Of a DNA stretch of 64,000 nt, positions 37,217-45,427 are shown piece by piece. Each line of letters begins with the position of its first letter. Position 1 is the stretch's first letter. Made by a program: the position numbers and the translations under genes. The notes beneath the pieces are model-generated. The model saw only the letters and a program-made list of their open reading frames with translations, was not told where the DNA came from and ran no database searches. The stretch is from a virus: positions 96,001 to 160,000 of IMG/VR virus record IMGVR_UViG_3300044614_002195; one strand, written 5' to 3'.

Positions 37217-37972
37217 ATGCAGCTTAATTTTTTGTCGGGTTATGAAAACCATCAAATTAAGCTAGAAAAAACTCAAGCTCAATTTTGGGACACAAACTTC
37301 AATATAATCTCTCCACCGAAAAGAACTCCGGAATACTCTAAAGTTGAAAAGTTCTTTTTGTACTTAGATTATACTAAAGTACAGCAGTACAAAGAATACT
37401 GGCAGCAGGTAGCTCCTGATAATGATAGCGAAGTATTCCAAAGATGGCTGTTCGCGTTCATGAGTGTGCACACTTCATGGAAATCTAATATAGCAGGCTA
37501 CCAAGCAATTAAAGATTGGTGGGCATGGTTGAACAAAAGTGAAGATCTCCTAGATAAGCTTGAAAAAAGCAGGGTAGGTATGCAGTTTAATAGAGTAAAA
37601 TTCATAAATGAGTTTGCTCAAAAATTCTGGCAAAATCCTTCTGGGTATAAAAAATCATCCGCAGAAACTTGGGTGAGCTATAGAGATAGGATAAAAGAAA
37701 ATACTCTAGGCTTAGGTTCAGCAAAAACAAGTTTCGCCATAGAAATGTGCTATCCTAATAAAGCAAAAATTGTATGTCTTGACACACACATGTTTCAGGC
37801 TTACGGTCTAGATCAAACCAGGGATGCCAGATATTATAAAGATATCGAACAGCACTGGGTAGATATGTGTATCATGTGGAATGTCCCCTCGTACATAGCT
37901 AGATGCTTGTATTGGGACGATAAACAAGGATATAATGACAGCCGCTATTGGAGCCATGTACTAGAAAAATAA
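37217..37972 (+). CDS. HhH-GPD DNA glycosylase/AP lyase-like protein
   Basis: GLGSAKTSF (HhH with Lys) and VCLDTHM (catalytic Asp). Confidence 0.75.
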   Translation: MQLNFLSGYENHQIKLEKTQAQFWDTNFNIISPPKRTPEYSKVEKFFLYLDYTKVQQYKEYWQQVAPDNDSEVFQRWLFAFMSVHTSWKSNIAGYQAIKDWWAWLNKSEDLLDKLEKSRVGMQFNRVKFINEFAQKFWQNPSGYKKSSAETWVSYRDRIKENTLGLGSAKTSFAIEMCYPNKAKIVCLDTHMFQAYGLDQTRDARYYKDIEQHWVDMCIMWNVPSYIARCLYWDDKQGYNDSRYWSHVLEK

Positions 37973-37973
37973 T

Positions 37974-38258
37974 ATGCACGAACAAGATCACAATGATTGG
38001 AATGGAGACGAATACGACGACGATGAAGACTTCGATGATGGAGCTGAAAGCGAAAATCGTAGATTGCCTGAACTGCATCATAAAGCTATACAGCAGATGT
38101 TTGCAGACATGGAGAGGCGCGCCAAAAAGTCTATCCAATATCTAATTATGGAAGGTTTTGTTGTGCCTACTGAAACCCCTGGAGTTTATGAATATACGCC
38201 AGAGGGACTGGTGCTCGCTCAGCAAAAATACAAGAAAATGCTTGAAGATGAAGAATAA
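37974..38258 (+). CDS. Hypothetical protein with acidic N-terminus
   Basis: 94 aa. Confidence 0.6.
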   Translation: MHEQDHNDWNGDEYDDDEDFDDGAESENRRLPELHHKAIQQMFADMERRAKKSIQYLIMEGFVVPTETPGVYEYTPEGLVLAQQKYKKMLEDEE

Positions 38259-38275
38259 TTAAACGAAAGTTAGAT

Positions 38276-38518
38276 ATGAATAAAACAACAGAAGAAATCA
38301 AACTTGAAATACTAAGCATTGCCAGAGAAGACCTAATGTATAGGTTTAATCAATTACTGGAAACGTTTAGAGTGACGGCTGGCGAAAACAATAAGGAAGC
38401 TTTGTTTGAAGCTCAGTTTGAGCTCATTAGGGACGGGTATCCTACAGCTGAAGAAATCAAAGAAAGAGCTGAAGCGCTATACTTGTTTGTAGCTGGAGGT
38501 GAAGTAATTTCTCAGTAA
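38276..38518 (+). CDS. Hypothetical protein
   Basis: 80 aa, YPTAEEI..RAE.LY.FV motif. Confidence 0.65.
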   Translation: MNKTTEEIKLEILSIAREDLMYRFNQLLETFRVTAGENNKEALFEAQFELIRDGYPTAEEIKERAEALYLFVAGGEVISQ

Positions 38519-38586
38519 CCACGAACCCAATGGTAGTAGGTTGGGCTGTAATTGGAATGTAGCAGCCTGTGAATCCTGCTGAGATT

Positions 38587-38671
38587 GCGACACATGCCAC
38601 TCTGGATAGCTCGGGGTGTTTGGACTGGGAATTCTCAGTCGACTAAGTTGTGTGACACTGGGAGAGACTAG
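38587..38671 (+). ncRNA. Structured RNA motif, copy 1 (family unassigned)
   Basis: GCG-ACACA ... TGTGT-GACA-CTGG(GAGAGA)CTAG with internal hairpins; ends 10 nt before the tmRNA. Confidence 0.55.
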
Positions 38672-38681
38672 ACAATTTTAA

Positions 38682-39072
38682 GGGGGTGATTTGGTTTCGA
38701 CTAGATATGAGCCCTTATAGATGCATGTAGAGGAAGCCTGGTAGGCCTCTTAAAAAATCTAGGCAAAATAAACGCAGAGTCCTTTGACTACGCTCCCTCA
38801 GTAGCAGAAGCAGACGCATTCCTCGAAGCCACTGGCTTCGTTGGTGCTGAGCTCCTCGCTGCATAAGGTACAGGCCGGATGCTATTAAAAGCCTGTAAAC
38901 GTTAGTAGCTAGTGCTTGAAATTAGGACTGTTATTCAAGCAGAACAAGAACGGTTCAAAAGAAATTATATAGTTTGATTGTTGACGCTATAATTTCTTGC
39001 AAAAAACAATCTAAGCATGTAGATTCTATAAGATAAGTATTTAGGACAGGGGTTCAACTCCCCTCACCTCCA
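38682..39072 (+). ncRNA. ssrA: tmRNA; tag ORF 38774-38866 AESFDYAPSVAEADAFLEATGFVGAELLAA
   Basis: 5' GGGGGTG pairs with 3' CACCTCC-A including G3.U; TTCGAC; T-arm GACAGGGGTTCAACTCCCCT; pk1 AGAGG/CCTCT plus CCTGG/CTAGG; tag ends in LAA. CCA is not encoded. Confidence 0.95.
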
Positions 39073-39080
39073 CTTTTAAT

Positions 39081-39154
39081 CGCGGGATAGTGAAGTGGCA
39101 AAACAGGAGTCTCATAAGCTCCAGTCCCAGGTTCGATTCCTGGTCCCGCAACCA
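39081..39154 (+). tRNA. tRNA-Met(CAT) with initiator-type acceptor stem
   Basis: CGCGGGA/TCCCGCA with C1xA72, loop CTCATAA, CCA encoded. Confidence 0.9.
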
Positions 39155-39158
39155 ATTT

Positions 39159-39243
39159 GGGTAGTTCGCATAGCGGCTATTGCAGGAGACTGTAAATCTC
39201 CCCTCTTCGGAGACCGATGGTTCGAGTCCATCACTGCCCACCA
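39159..39243 (+). tRNA. tRNA-Tyr(GTA)
   Basis: GGGTAGT/ACTGCCC, loop CTGTAAA, long variable arm, CCA. Confidence 0.93.
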
Positions 39244-39244
39244 G

Positions 39245-39319
39245 GCCAGCATAGCTCAGTGGTAGAGCATTGGTTTTGTAAACCAACGGTCGTCGGTTCA
39301 ATCCCGACTGCTGGCTCCA
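39245..39319 (+). tRNA. tRNA-Thr(TGT)
   Basis: GCCAGCA/TGCTGGC, loop TTTGTAA, CCA. Confidence 0.93.
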
Positions 39320-39341
39320 TATTTTCTCCTCCAATTGGAGA

Positions 39342-39427
39342 GCGACACCTGCTGGTGGCTCAGTGCCATCAAGCCCTGATTGGGTCCATCCCTATTTGGG
39401 AAGTGGTGTGACACTGGGAGAGACCAG
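39342..39427 (+). ncRNA. Structured RNA motif, copy 2
   Basis: GCG-ACACC ... GGTGT-GACA-CTGG(GAGAGA)CCAG; ends 6 nt before tRNA-Asn. Confidence 0.55.
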
Positions 39428-39433
39428 GCATAC

Positions 39434-39508
39434 TCCTAGATAGCTCAATGGTAGAGCATTCGGCTGTTAACCGAACGGTTCCTGGTTCGAGTCCAGGTCT
39501 AGGAGCCA
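39434..39508 (+). tRNA. tRNA-Asn(GTT)
   Basis: TCCTAGA/TCTAGGA, loop CTGTTAA, CCA. Confidence 0.93.
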
Positions 39509-39519
39509 TTTTTTTAAAT

Positions 39520-39753
39520 ATGACAGATTGGATTACTACATTTTTATCTGTATTTTTCACAGATATCTTCTACACATACTATTTAAAAGCTGTACAAGAA
39601 AGCCATGCGCTTAAAGCTAGCTTTTGGGCTTCGGTTGTTTTTTGTATTGCTTGCGTCGCAGTTATAAACTATACGTCTAATCATGCCTTGCTTTTACCTG
39701 CGGCTCTCGGAGCCTTCCTGGGTACATATGTAGGTATAAAGTTAAAACAATGA
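39520..39753 (+). CDS. Small multi-TM membrane protein
   Basis: Start at 39520 (MTDWIT), 77 aa hydrophobic, GAFLGTY motif. Confidence 0.7.
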   Translation: MTDWITTFLSVFFTDIFYTYYLKAVQESHALKASFWASVVFCIACVAVINYTSNHALLLPAALGAFLGTYVGIKLKQ

Positions 39754-39968
39754 AACCAACTATAGGTAAATATTATTATATAAATTACGTAGATAAACAA
39801 CAGCCTGAAGGTTCTTATGCAGGAATCGCCAGGTGCGTTGCAAAGTATGAGCGAGATGAGTGGGGCAATAACTTAAAAGAAGTTTTCTATGAATTTGAGC
39901 ATCCTCAAGACGAACAGATGGTAAGGAGTCTATACACAGATAATGAAATACTCATGGAGGCAAAATGA
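39750..39968 (+). CDS. Hypothetical protein
   Basis: 72 aa. Confidence 0.6.
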   Translation: MKPTIGKYYYINYVDKQQPEGSYAGIARCVAKYERDEWGNNLKEVFYEFEHPQDEQMVRSLYTDNEILMEAK

Positions 39969-40018
39969 TTGTACTTTTATTTCTTTTTATACTTATTTTA
40001 ATAGCAAATAGAGACTAA

Positions 40019-40555
40019 ATGATGAAAACTTTTGATATAGGATTAATAGGGCTAGCTGGCAGCGGTAAAGATACTGTTGCAGATATTATTTGTGCTGAAC
40101 TAAATTACAAGCGAGCCAGCTTTGCTACCGCCCTAAAAAATCTATGCTTTAGTATGGGGTGGAACGGGCATAAAGACGCTAGAGGCAGAAAGCTGTTGCA
40201 AGATGTGGGTATGGCGTTCAGGGAATACGATAAAGATATATGGGTGGATAAAACTGCCAGCTCTATACTGAATAACCACAAATATGTGTTCACCGACGTA
40301 AGGTTCTCAAACGAGGCCCATTATATAAAGCACTCTAGAAATGGTATAATTATTAGAGTAGTAAGGCCTGATTTAGAAATAGGTCTGGCGCATCAACATG
40401 TTAGCGAAAAAGGACAGCGCGAAATAGACGTAGCCTACACTATAATGAATCACGGCACTATCGACGATTTAAAACTATTAGTCATGGGTCTTATGCTTAG
40501 AATAGCTGAAGAAAAAGGAGAATCATCATGCCTGCAACCTATCAAAACATTATAA
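40019..40555 (+). CDS. Deoxynucleoside monophosphate kinase
   Basis: GLAGSGKDT, SFA.ALK, GRKLLQDVG, DVRFSNE, HVSE. Confidence 0.88.
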   Translation: MMKTFDIGLIGLAGSGKDTVADIICAELNYKRASFATALKNLCFSMGWNGHKDARGRKLLQDVGMAFREYDKDIWVDKTASSILNNHKYVFTDVRFSNEAHYIKHSRNGIIIRVVRPDLEIGLAHQHVSEKGQREIDVAYTIMNHGTIDDLKLLVMGLMLRIAEEKGESSCLQPIKTL

Positions 40556-40944
40556 TAACAGAGGAAATATTGAACAGCGAGCCCAACGCATTCTTTGTTT
40601 ACGGAGATAACGTAAAAAGAATAGGTCTTGGAGGAGCCGCAAAGCTTCGTAATCACCCTAGAGCTGTAGGGTTTGTGACAAAGAAAGAGCCTACAAATAA
40701 CCAGGGAGCGTGTTTCACACCTGAAGAATATGCCAAGCCCTTCTTTGATCAGCTGGATCAATTATCCGCGCACATCAAAAACAGCCCTAATAACAAGTTC
40801 TATGTATCTAAGCTAGGCTCAGGGTTAGCCAACAGATACTGGATATGGGAAAGAGTTATCAGTCACAATTTACAAGATGAACTTGGAGGATATGATAATG
40901 TTGTATTCTGCTGGGATCAAGATGACGAAAACTTTAATAAATAG
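40528..40944 (+). CDS. Conserved phage protein, possibly macrodomain-like
   Basis: FVYGDN...GLGGAA, VTKK.P, LGSGLA. Fold assignment uncertain. Confidence 0.45.
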   Translation: MPATYQNIIITEEILNSEPNAFFVYGDNVKRIGLGGAAKLRNHPRAVGFVTKKEPTNNQGACFTPEEYAKPFFDQLDQLSAHIKNSPNNKFYVSKLGSGLANRYWIWERVISHNLQDELGGYDNVVFCWDQDDENFNK

Positions 40945-40946
40945 TT

Positions 40947-41966
40947 ATGGAAAAATATGCAGTAGTGGCAAAAATACTAGAGCTTAACCCTATCGAGGGA
41001 GCTGATCGTATCGAGGTGGCCACAGTTTTGGGTTGGAATGTTGTTACACAAAAGCATCTCCATAAAGTAGGAGATCTTGTTGTGATGATATTTCCTGACA
41101 CACTAGTACCTAAAAAATTCCTAGACGGAGCCTACCAGGGAGATGAAAAAGTGCGGTTAAAAACTGTAAAACTGAAAGGACAGTATAGTGCAGGACTATT
41201 ACTACCTATGAGTGTTGTGGGTAGCACCTTTAGTGAGGGAGATGAAGTCAGTGAACTCTTAGGTATTGAGAAGTGGATTGCGCCTGCGGCAGCTTCTATC
41301 TCGGGTGATGCAGTAGGTAATTTTCCAACAGGGGTTATTTCAAAAACAGATGAGTTTAATGCTAGGTCAGAACCAAATGCACTGAACGAGGCGCGCTTAT
41401 CTCCACTTGTAGGCCATGAGTTTGTTGTTACACTTAAATGTGACGGCAGCAGCGGTACATTTATATCAAAAGACGGGAAGCTTCGCGTATGCTCAAGAAA
41501 CCTTGAGCTAAAAGAGACAGAGGGAAATGCTTTCTGGCAGGTAGCTAAAAAGTATAACCTGCACGAGAAGCTCTTAAAATTTGGTGATGCTGTCGCCTTG
41601 CAGGGAGAAGTTTGTGGTCCAGGTATTCAGGGTAATCCCATGAAGCTTACTGAACTCACATTCTTCGCATTCCTGATGAAGGACATTAGACACGACGCAT
41701 GGTTAAGCTGGGGCACACTAAAGGCCTTTTGTGAAGAGTATCAAATTCCTCATGTAGAAGAGCTGAAGGTATTTAAATTCACTGAAACATCTCCTACACT
41801 AGAAGAACTGCAAGAGATGGCAAATAATGCGAAATACGATCATGGTCGTACTAATGCAGAAGGTATTGTTATCAGACCTGTAGCACCAATCAGATCATTA
41901 GTATTACAGAAGCCCTGGTGGAGCCTGAAAGTAATGAATCAACCGTACGACATGAAGAAAGGTTAA
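40947..41966 (+). CDS. RNA ligase (DRB0094/Rnl2-like) with N-terminal OB-fold
   Basis: PIEGADRIE, LKCDGSS (motif I), CSRN, QGEVCGPGIQGN, EGIVIR, LKV.N..Y. Confidence 0.9.
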   Translation: MEKYAVVAKILELNPIEGADRIEVATVLGWNVVTQKHLHKVGDLVVMIFPDTLVPKKFLDGAYQGDEKVRLKTVKLKGQYSAGLLLPMSVVGSTFSEGDEVSELLGIEKWIAPAAASISGDAVGNFPTGVISKTDEFNARSEPNALNEARLSPLVGHEFVVTLKCDGSSGTFISKDGKLRVCSRNLELKETEGNAFWQVAKKYNLHEKLLKFGDAVALQGEVCGPGIQGNPMKLTELTFFAFLMKDIRHDAWLSWGTLKAFCEEYQIPHVEELKVFKFTETSPTLEELQEMANNAKYDHGRTNAEGIVIRPVAPIRSLVLQKPWWSLKVMNQPYDMKKG

Positions 41967-42626
41967 ATGAAAAATACAGTAGAACTAATCGGATATTATG
42001 GTAATGATATGCTCCATGCCTGTAGCGCCTGGACCAGTACAAGTAGAAGTTTATCAGAGGAAAAGAAGGCTAGAATTCCTAAGATGTTAAAGGATCTTGC
42101 TAGCGCAGGACACCACACACCTTTCGAGAAAAGCAGCCTTCATTTCCTGGTAGATTGCGACATAGCAAGCCATATCCATCTACTCAAACACAGGGTAGGT
42201 GTTTCATTGAATGCTGAGTCAGCCAGGTATAAAGAGTTAAAAGAAGATAAGTTCTATATTCCTGAGGAATTCTATAGTACTCCTATAGATGCCCAGCATG
42301 GGCTGCATCCCTACGATAACTGGGGAGATTTGCTTAATGATAAATCTCAGGAAATGAACATGCTTTATCATGCAGCGTTAACAGATGTTGAAAAAGCCTA
42401 CGGACGTAAGAGAGCCAAAGAAAGCGCGAGATTCTTCAAAATGTATAATAGTCAGATTGAATCTGATGTTATGTTTAATTGGAGGTCCTTCCAGCACTTC
42501 CAAAAGCTCAGGAACAGTCCGGACGCACAGAAAGAGATACGAGAAATTGCTGAAAAAATGCTTTCTTTAGTAAAGGAAATCGAAGAATCTCCTTTTAAGC
42601 ATACAATAGCCGCATTTGAACTATAA
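41967..42626 (+). CDS. thyX: Flavin-dependent thymidylate synthase
   Basis: GHHTPFE, HLLKHRVGVSLNAESARY, NWRSF..F.KLR...AQKEIR. Confidence 0.93.
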   Translation: MKNTVELIGYYGNDMLHACSAWTSTSRSLSEEKKARIPKMLKDLASAGHHTPFEKSSLHFLVDCDIASHIHLLKHRVGVSLNAESARYKELKEDKFYIPEEFYSTPIDAQHGLHPYDNWGDLLNDKSQEMNMLYHAALTDVEKAYGRKRAKESARFFKMYNSQIESDVMFNWRSFQHFQKLRNSPDAQKEIREIAEKMLSLVKEIEESPFKHTIAAFEL

Positions 42627-42627
42627 T

Positions 42628-42852
42628 ATGATTCTTAAACTCATTAAATACACTAGTAGACCTAACGACGAGGACTATATCTATTTAGCTTCTGATAAAA
42701 TTTATATTATGGAAGAAATCTATACTATAGATAAAAAAACTGAAAGCTTTAAGTTTTCTCATACAGCTATTGATATAGGCTTTGACGAATATGTCGTTAA
42801 AGTCAGAAATCCTGCAGAAGAAATTTGCAAGATGATTAGAGGTAAAAAATAA
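42628..42852 (+). CDS. Hypothetical protein
   Basis: Likely start at 42628. Confidence 0.55.
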   Translation: MILKLIKYTSRPNDEDYIYLASDKIYIMEEIYTIDKKTESFKFSHTAIDIGFDEYVVKVRNPAEEICKMIRGKK

Positions 42853-42854
42853 CT

Positions 42855-43037
42855 ATGAGCTTAGACGACAAGAAAGCTAAAAACTTTTTTAATACAAAAA
42901 TAAAAAAAAGTGAAATAGAGTCTATCAAAGCAAAAAAAATTGCAGAAGCTGTAACCAGACATATCGAGAAAAGTAAAAACAAACTAGACGATAAGCTATT
43001 AGACATAATGAAAGACGTACCGGATAGATTAAATTAA
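42855..43037 (+). CDS. Hypothetical protein
   Basis: 60 aa. Confidence 0.5.
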   Translation: MSLDDKKAKNFFNTKIKKSEIESIKAKKIAEAVTRHIEKSKNKLDDKLLDIMKDVPDRLN

Positions 43038-43045
43038 ATAAAATT

Positions 43046-43345
43046 ATGCAGATAACAAAAAGATCTCCATTCACAAATAAACTAAACACTGTAGACGTTC
43101 CTATCACTCAAGAGCAGTATATTACATACAAAGAAGGAATTAGTGCGGAGCTTGTTTTTCCTGAGCTATCGCGAGAGTATATGCTATTTATCAAGTATGG
43201 AATTTCTCCAAGTGAGCATGCTAATTTAGTTAAAACTTACGTGGAAGCTAACCAAGTGGCCTTTGATAGCCTACACAATAAAAAAGTCGCAATAGACGTT
43301 AAGCCTGAAATAGAAACAACCGAAGGAATTGTGTTCCCAAACTAA
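43046..43345 (+). CDS. Conserved phage small protein, paralog A
   Basis: ITKRSPFT..NTVDVPIT...FPELS...FIKYGI. Confidence 0.7.
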   Translation: MQITKRSPFTNKLNTVDVPITQEQYITYKEGISAELVFPELSREYMLFIKYGISPSEHANLVKTYVEANQVAFDSLHNKKVAIDVKPEIETTEGIVFPN

Positions 43346-43351
43346 ACTATT

Positions 43352-43561
43352 ATGACTATTACAAGAACATCACCAATCACAGGCATCACACACACTGTCG
43401 ATTTGCCTGTTACAGAAGAGCAGCTTATGAGTTATCAGCAGGGTGCGCTCCTGCAGAATGCCTTCCCTAACCTGTCAGCAGGAGACAGAGAATTCATCAA
43501 GTCTGGAATCACTGATGCTGAATGGCAATCGCTTTTCGGTCCAGAGGCTGAGGAAGAATAG
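43352..43561 (+). CDS. Conserved phage small protein, paralog B
   Basis: ITRTSPIT..HTVDLPVT...FPNLS...REFIKSGIT..EW. Confidence 0.75.
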   Translation: MTITRTSPITGITHTVDLPVTEEQLMSYQQGALLQNAFPNLSAGDREFIKSGITDAEWQSLFGPEAEEE

Positions 43562-43584
43562 CAACTAACCAGTAACACCTAATC

Positions 43585-43616
43585 ACCCAGCACTCTAACA
43601 GGTGCTGGGTTTTTTT
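43585..43616 (+). terminator. Intrinsic terminator
   Basis: ACCCAGCAC / GTGCTGGGT followed by a T run. Confidence 0.8.
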
Positions 43617-44156
43617 ATGCAATACTTTTGGGGTAACAACAAGACAGCGGAAGTTTGGTTTAGAAATAAACGTAAACCTCCAGAGCAAAATCATAAATTA
43701 ATAACCGACAACTATGCGCCAACGGCTATTTTGTTTGGGTCCAGCTTATGTAGGGAGCTGTTTAATGCAGATGCGCCCACAGTCAATAGGTTTGCAATAC
43801 TTAGACTAGTGAGGCTAGACGGAGGCTATAGCGCTTCTGGGAGTATATTTGTGAATGACAGCCTGACAATGAGTAAAATAAAGCGCTATGACTATGTTGA
43901 GCGTAGAGAAATTGAAGGGCAAGGTATCTATAGAATCGCAGATGTCAGCTTCCACACGTTGACATGTACATATGAGGTAAAGCTGCTAGGAAACTCTGAG
44001 TCTTCCAGGCTAGCTAAAAATAAAGAAATGTTTCAAGCCATGAGGTCAAATCTAGATAGATCTACATTAAACATATATGTAGAGCTGATGATGGACTTGC
44101 CAAACATGGCTGAGGAGCTTTTTCACGTAATACCAGAGGTTAAAAGAAAAAAATGA
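43617..44156 (+). CDS. Hypothetical protein
   Basis: Likely start at 43617 (MQYFW). Confidence 0.6.
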   Translation: MQYFWGNNKTAEVWFRNKRKPPEQNHKLITDNYAPTAILFGSSLCRELFNADAPTVNRFAILRLVRLDGGYSASGSIFVNDSLTMSKIKRYDYVERREIEGQGIYRIADVSFHTLTCTYEVKLLGNSESSRLAKNKEMFQAMRSNLDRSTLNIYVELMMDLPNMAEELFHVIPEVKRKK

Positions 44157-44794
44157 ACACTAACATACCTGAAGATAAGTTTAATGAAATATACAAAAAA
44201 TATTTTGAAAAAATTCGCTGTTATATTAACGCATTTATTTATGATGTAGGCGTCTCAGAAGATTTGGCACAACAAACATTTTTGAAGTTTTTGAAATCTG
44301 ATTTTGCAGGTTTTGAAGATGAACAATATGTAGTAGCGTTCTTAAAAGCTATAGCTAAAAACTGCTTTAAAAATCACCTAAGGCACAGGCATGTAGCTGG
44401 GCGAAATTTTTTACTAGTTGATGATTACAACGTAAAAATAATCTTTAAAGCTAAAAAAGGGAAAGTAGCTAACTCTGAAGATGCCGAGACTACGATGGAA
44501 AGATATAATTATATAGGGTTAGCAAACAAGCTTGATACATTTTCTGCTGAAGATGAGTATGAAAGAATTAGGAAAGAGGTGGCATTCGAAGAGCTTGTTA
44601 GCAAAATAAGACAACTTGTCGAAGCGATGCCTCCAAAGCAAAAAGAGGCTATGCTTGAGGTTTATTTCAATGGGCTGAAACCTAGAGAGGCAGCAAAAAA
44701 ACTTAAAAGCACAGCTAACCGTATTTCATTTCTAACCTACAAAGGAAGAGAACAACTAATAAATAAAGTAAAATATGTTCAAAATCTATTTTAA
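44153..44794 (+). CDS. Sigma-70 family (ECF-like) sigma factor
   Basis: Region 2 SEDLAQQTFLK..IAKN..KN; region 4 MPPKQKEAM...GLKPREAA.KL. Confidence 0.85.
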   Translation: MNTNIPEDKFNEIYKKYFEKIRCYINAFIYDVGVSEDLAQQTFLKFLKSDFAGFEDEQYVVAFLKAIAKNCFKNHLRHRHVAGRNFLLVDDYNVKIIFKAKKGKVANSEDAETTMERYNYIGLANKLDTFSAEDEYERIRKEVAFEELVSKIRQLVEAMPPKQKEAMLEVYFNGLKPREAAKKLKSTANRISFLTYKGREQLINKVKYVQNLF

Positions 44795-45227
44795 AAATAA
44801 AGGATGTACCAGGAAGCTGAGCATGACTAACAGGCTTAACTGTGAACCGCAGGAGCTTACCCCTGAATTTTGGGGAGCTCAAGAAGGCCAGCTGGTGTGC
44901 TTCATAGACCCTGTACACGAAGATAAAAAGTATTGGAGAGCAAATATGCAGATAATCGATTCCAAAAAAATAAGCTATCAGACGTACACGCTTTCTGATG
45001 GTCAAAGAAGGGTCTCAGGCTATTGGAGCCCTGTGGCATATCTTGAGTTAGATAAATATAAAGCCTTTTTTACAGAGCGGGTAGGTGTTGCTCTGCACGA
45101 TGTTAGAAATAGTCCTGCCGCTCATGAAGCATGGGAGCATCTGTGTGCTATTCCCCATATATTTAGGGCAGCAGTGGATGAATTCCACGAATGGTTTCCA
45201 AACACAAACAACGTAAACAAACAATGA
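44775..45227 (+). CDS. Hypothetical protein
   Basis: 150 aa; start uncertain. Confidence 0.55.
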   Translation: MFKIYFKNKGCTRKLSMTNRLNCEPQELTPEFWGAQEGQLVCFIDPVHEDKKYWRANMQIIDSKKISYQTYTLSDGQRRVSGYWSPVAYLELDKYKAFFTERVGVALHDVRNSPAAHEAWEHLCAIPHIFRAAVDEFHEWFPNTNNVNKQ

Positions 45228-45427
45228 ATCAACTACAAGTAGGAGTAAGTATGAGTGTAGAAGACGCTGCAGAATATCTTGAATCTGTTGGCGAATGGCA
45301 TACTATCCGTAATGTGCCCAGAGATGCGATGATCAAATGGGCTGAATACCTTAAACAACATGAAATATCTAGTAATTCCGGACGTACACCAAAAACTGGA
45401 CAAAGTAAAAAGAATAATAGAGAATAA
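45224..45427 (+). CDS. Hypothetical protein
   Basis: ATGA overlap at 45224. Confidence 0.45.
   Translation: MNQLQVGVSMSVEDAAEYLESVGEWHTIRNVPRDAMIKWAEYLKQHEISSNSGRTPKTGQSKKNNRE

Noticed and set aside
38650-39424. 19-nt repeat as a CRISPR array
   Set aside because: Only two copies, 756 nt apart, with the tmRNA and three tRNAs between them; no cas genes.
39320-39433. Spacer as an HDV-like theta ribozyme
   Set aside because: It does not start at the tRNA 3' end, and I could not build the nested double pseudoknot; left unassigned.
39041-39560. Track ORFs overlapping the tRNA cluster
   Set aside because: Shadow translations of tRNA/tmRNA sequence.
25473-42626. Hypermodified (hmU or dU) genome inferred from the UDG-like PolA domain
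   Set aside because: ThyX and a dNMP kinase point to ordinary dTTP supply, and no modification enzymes were recognised in this window.
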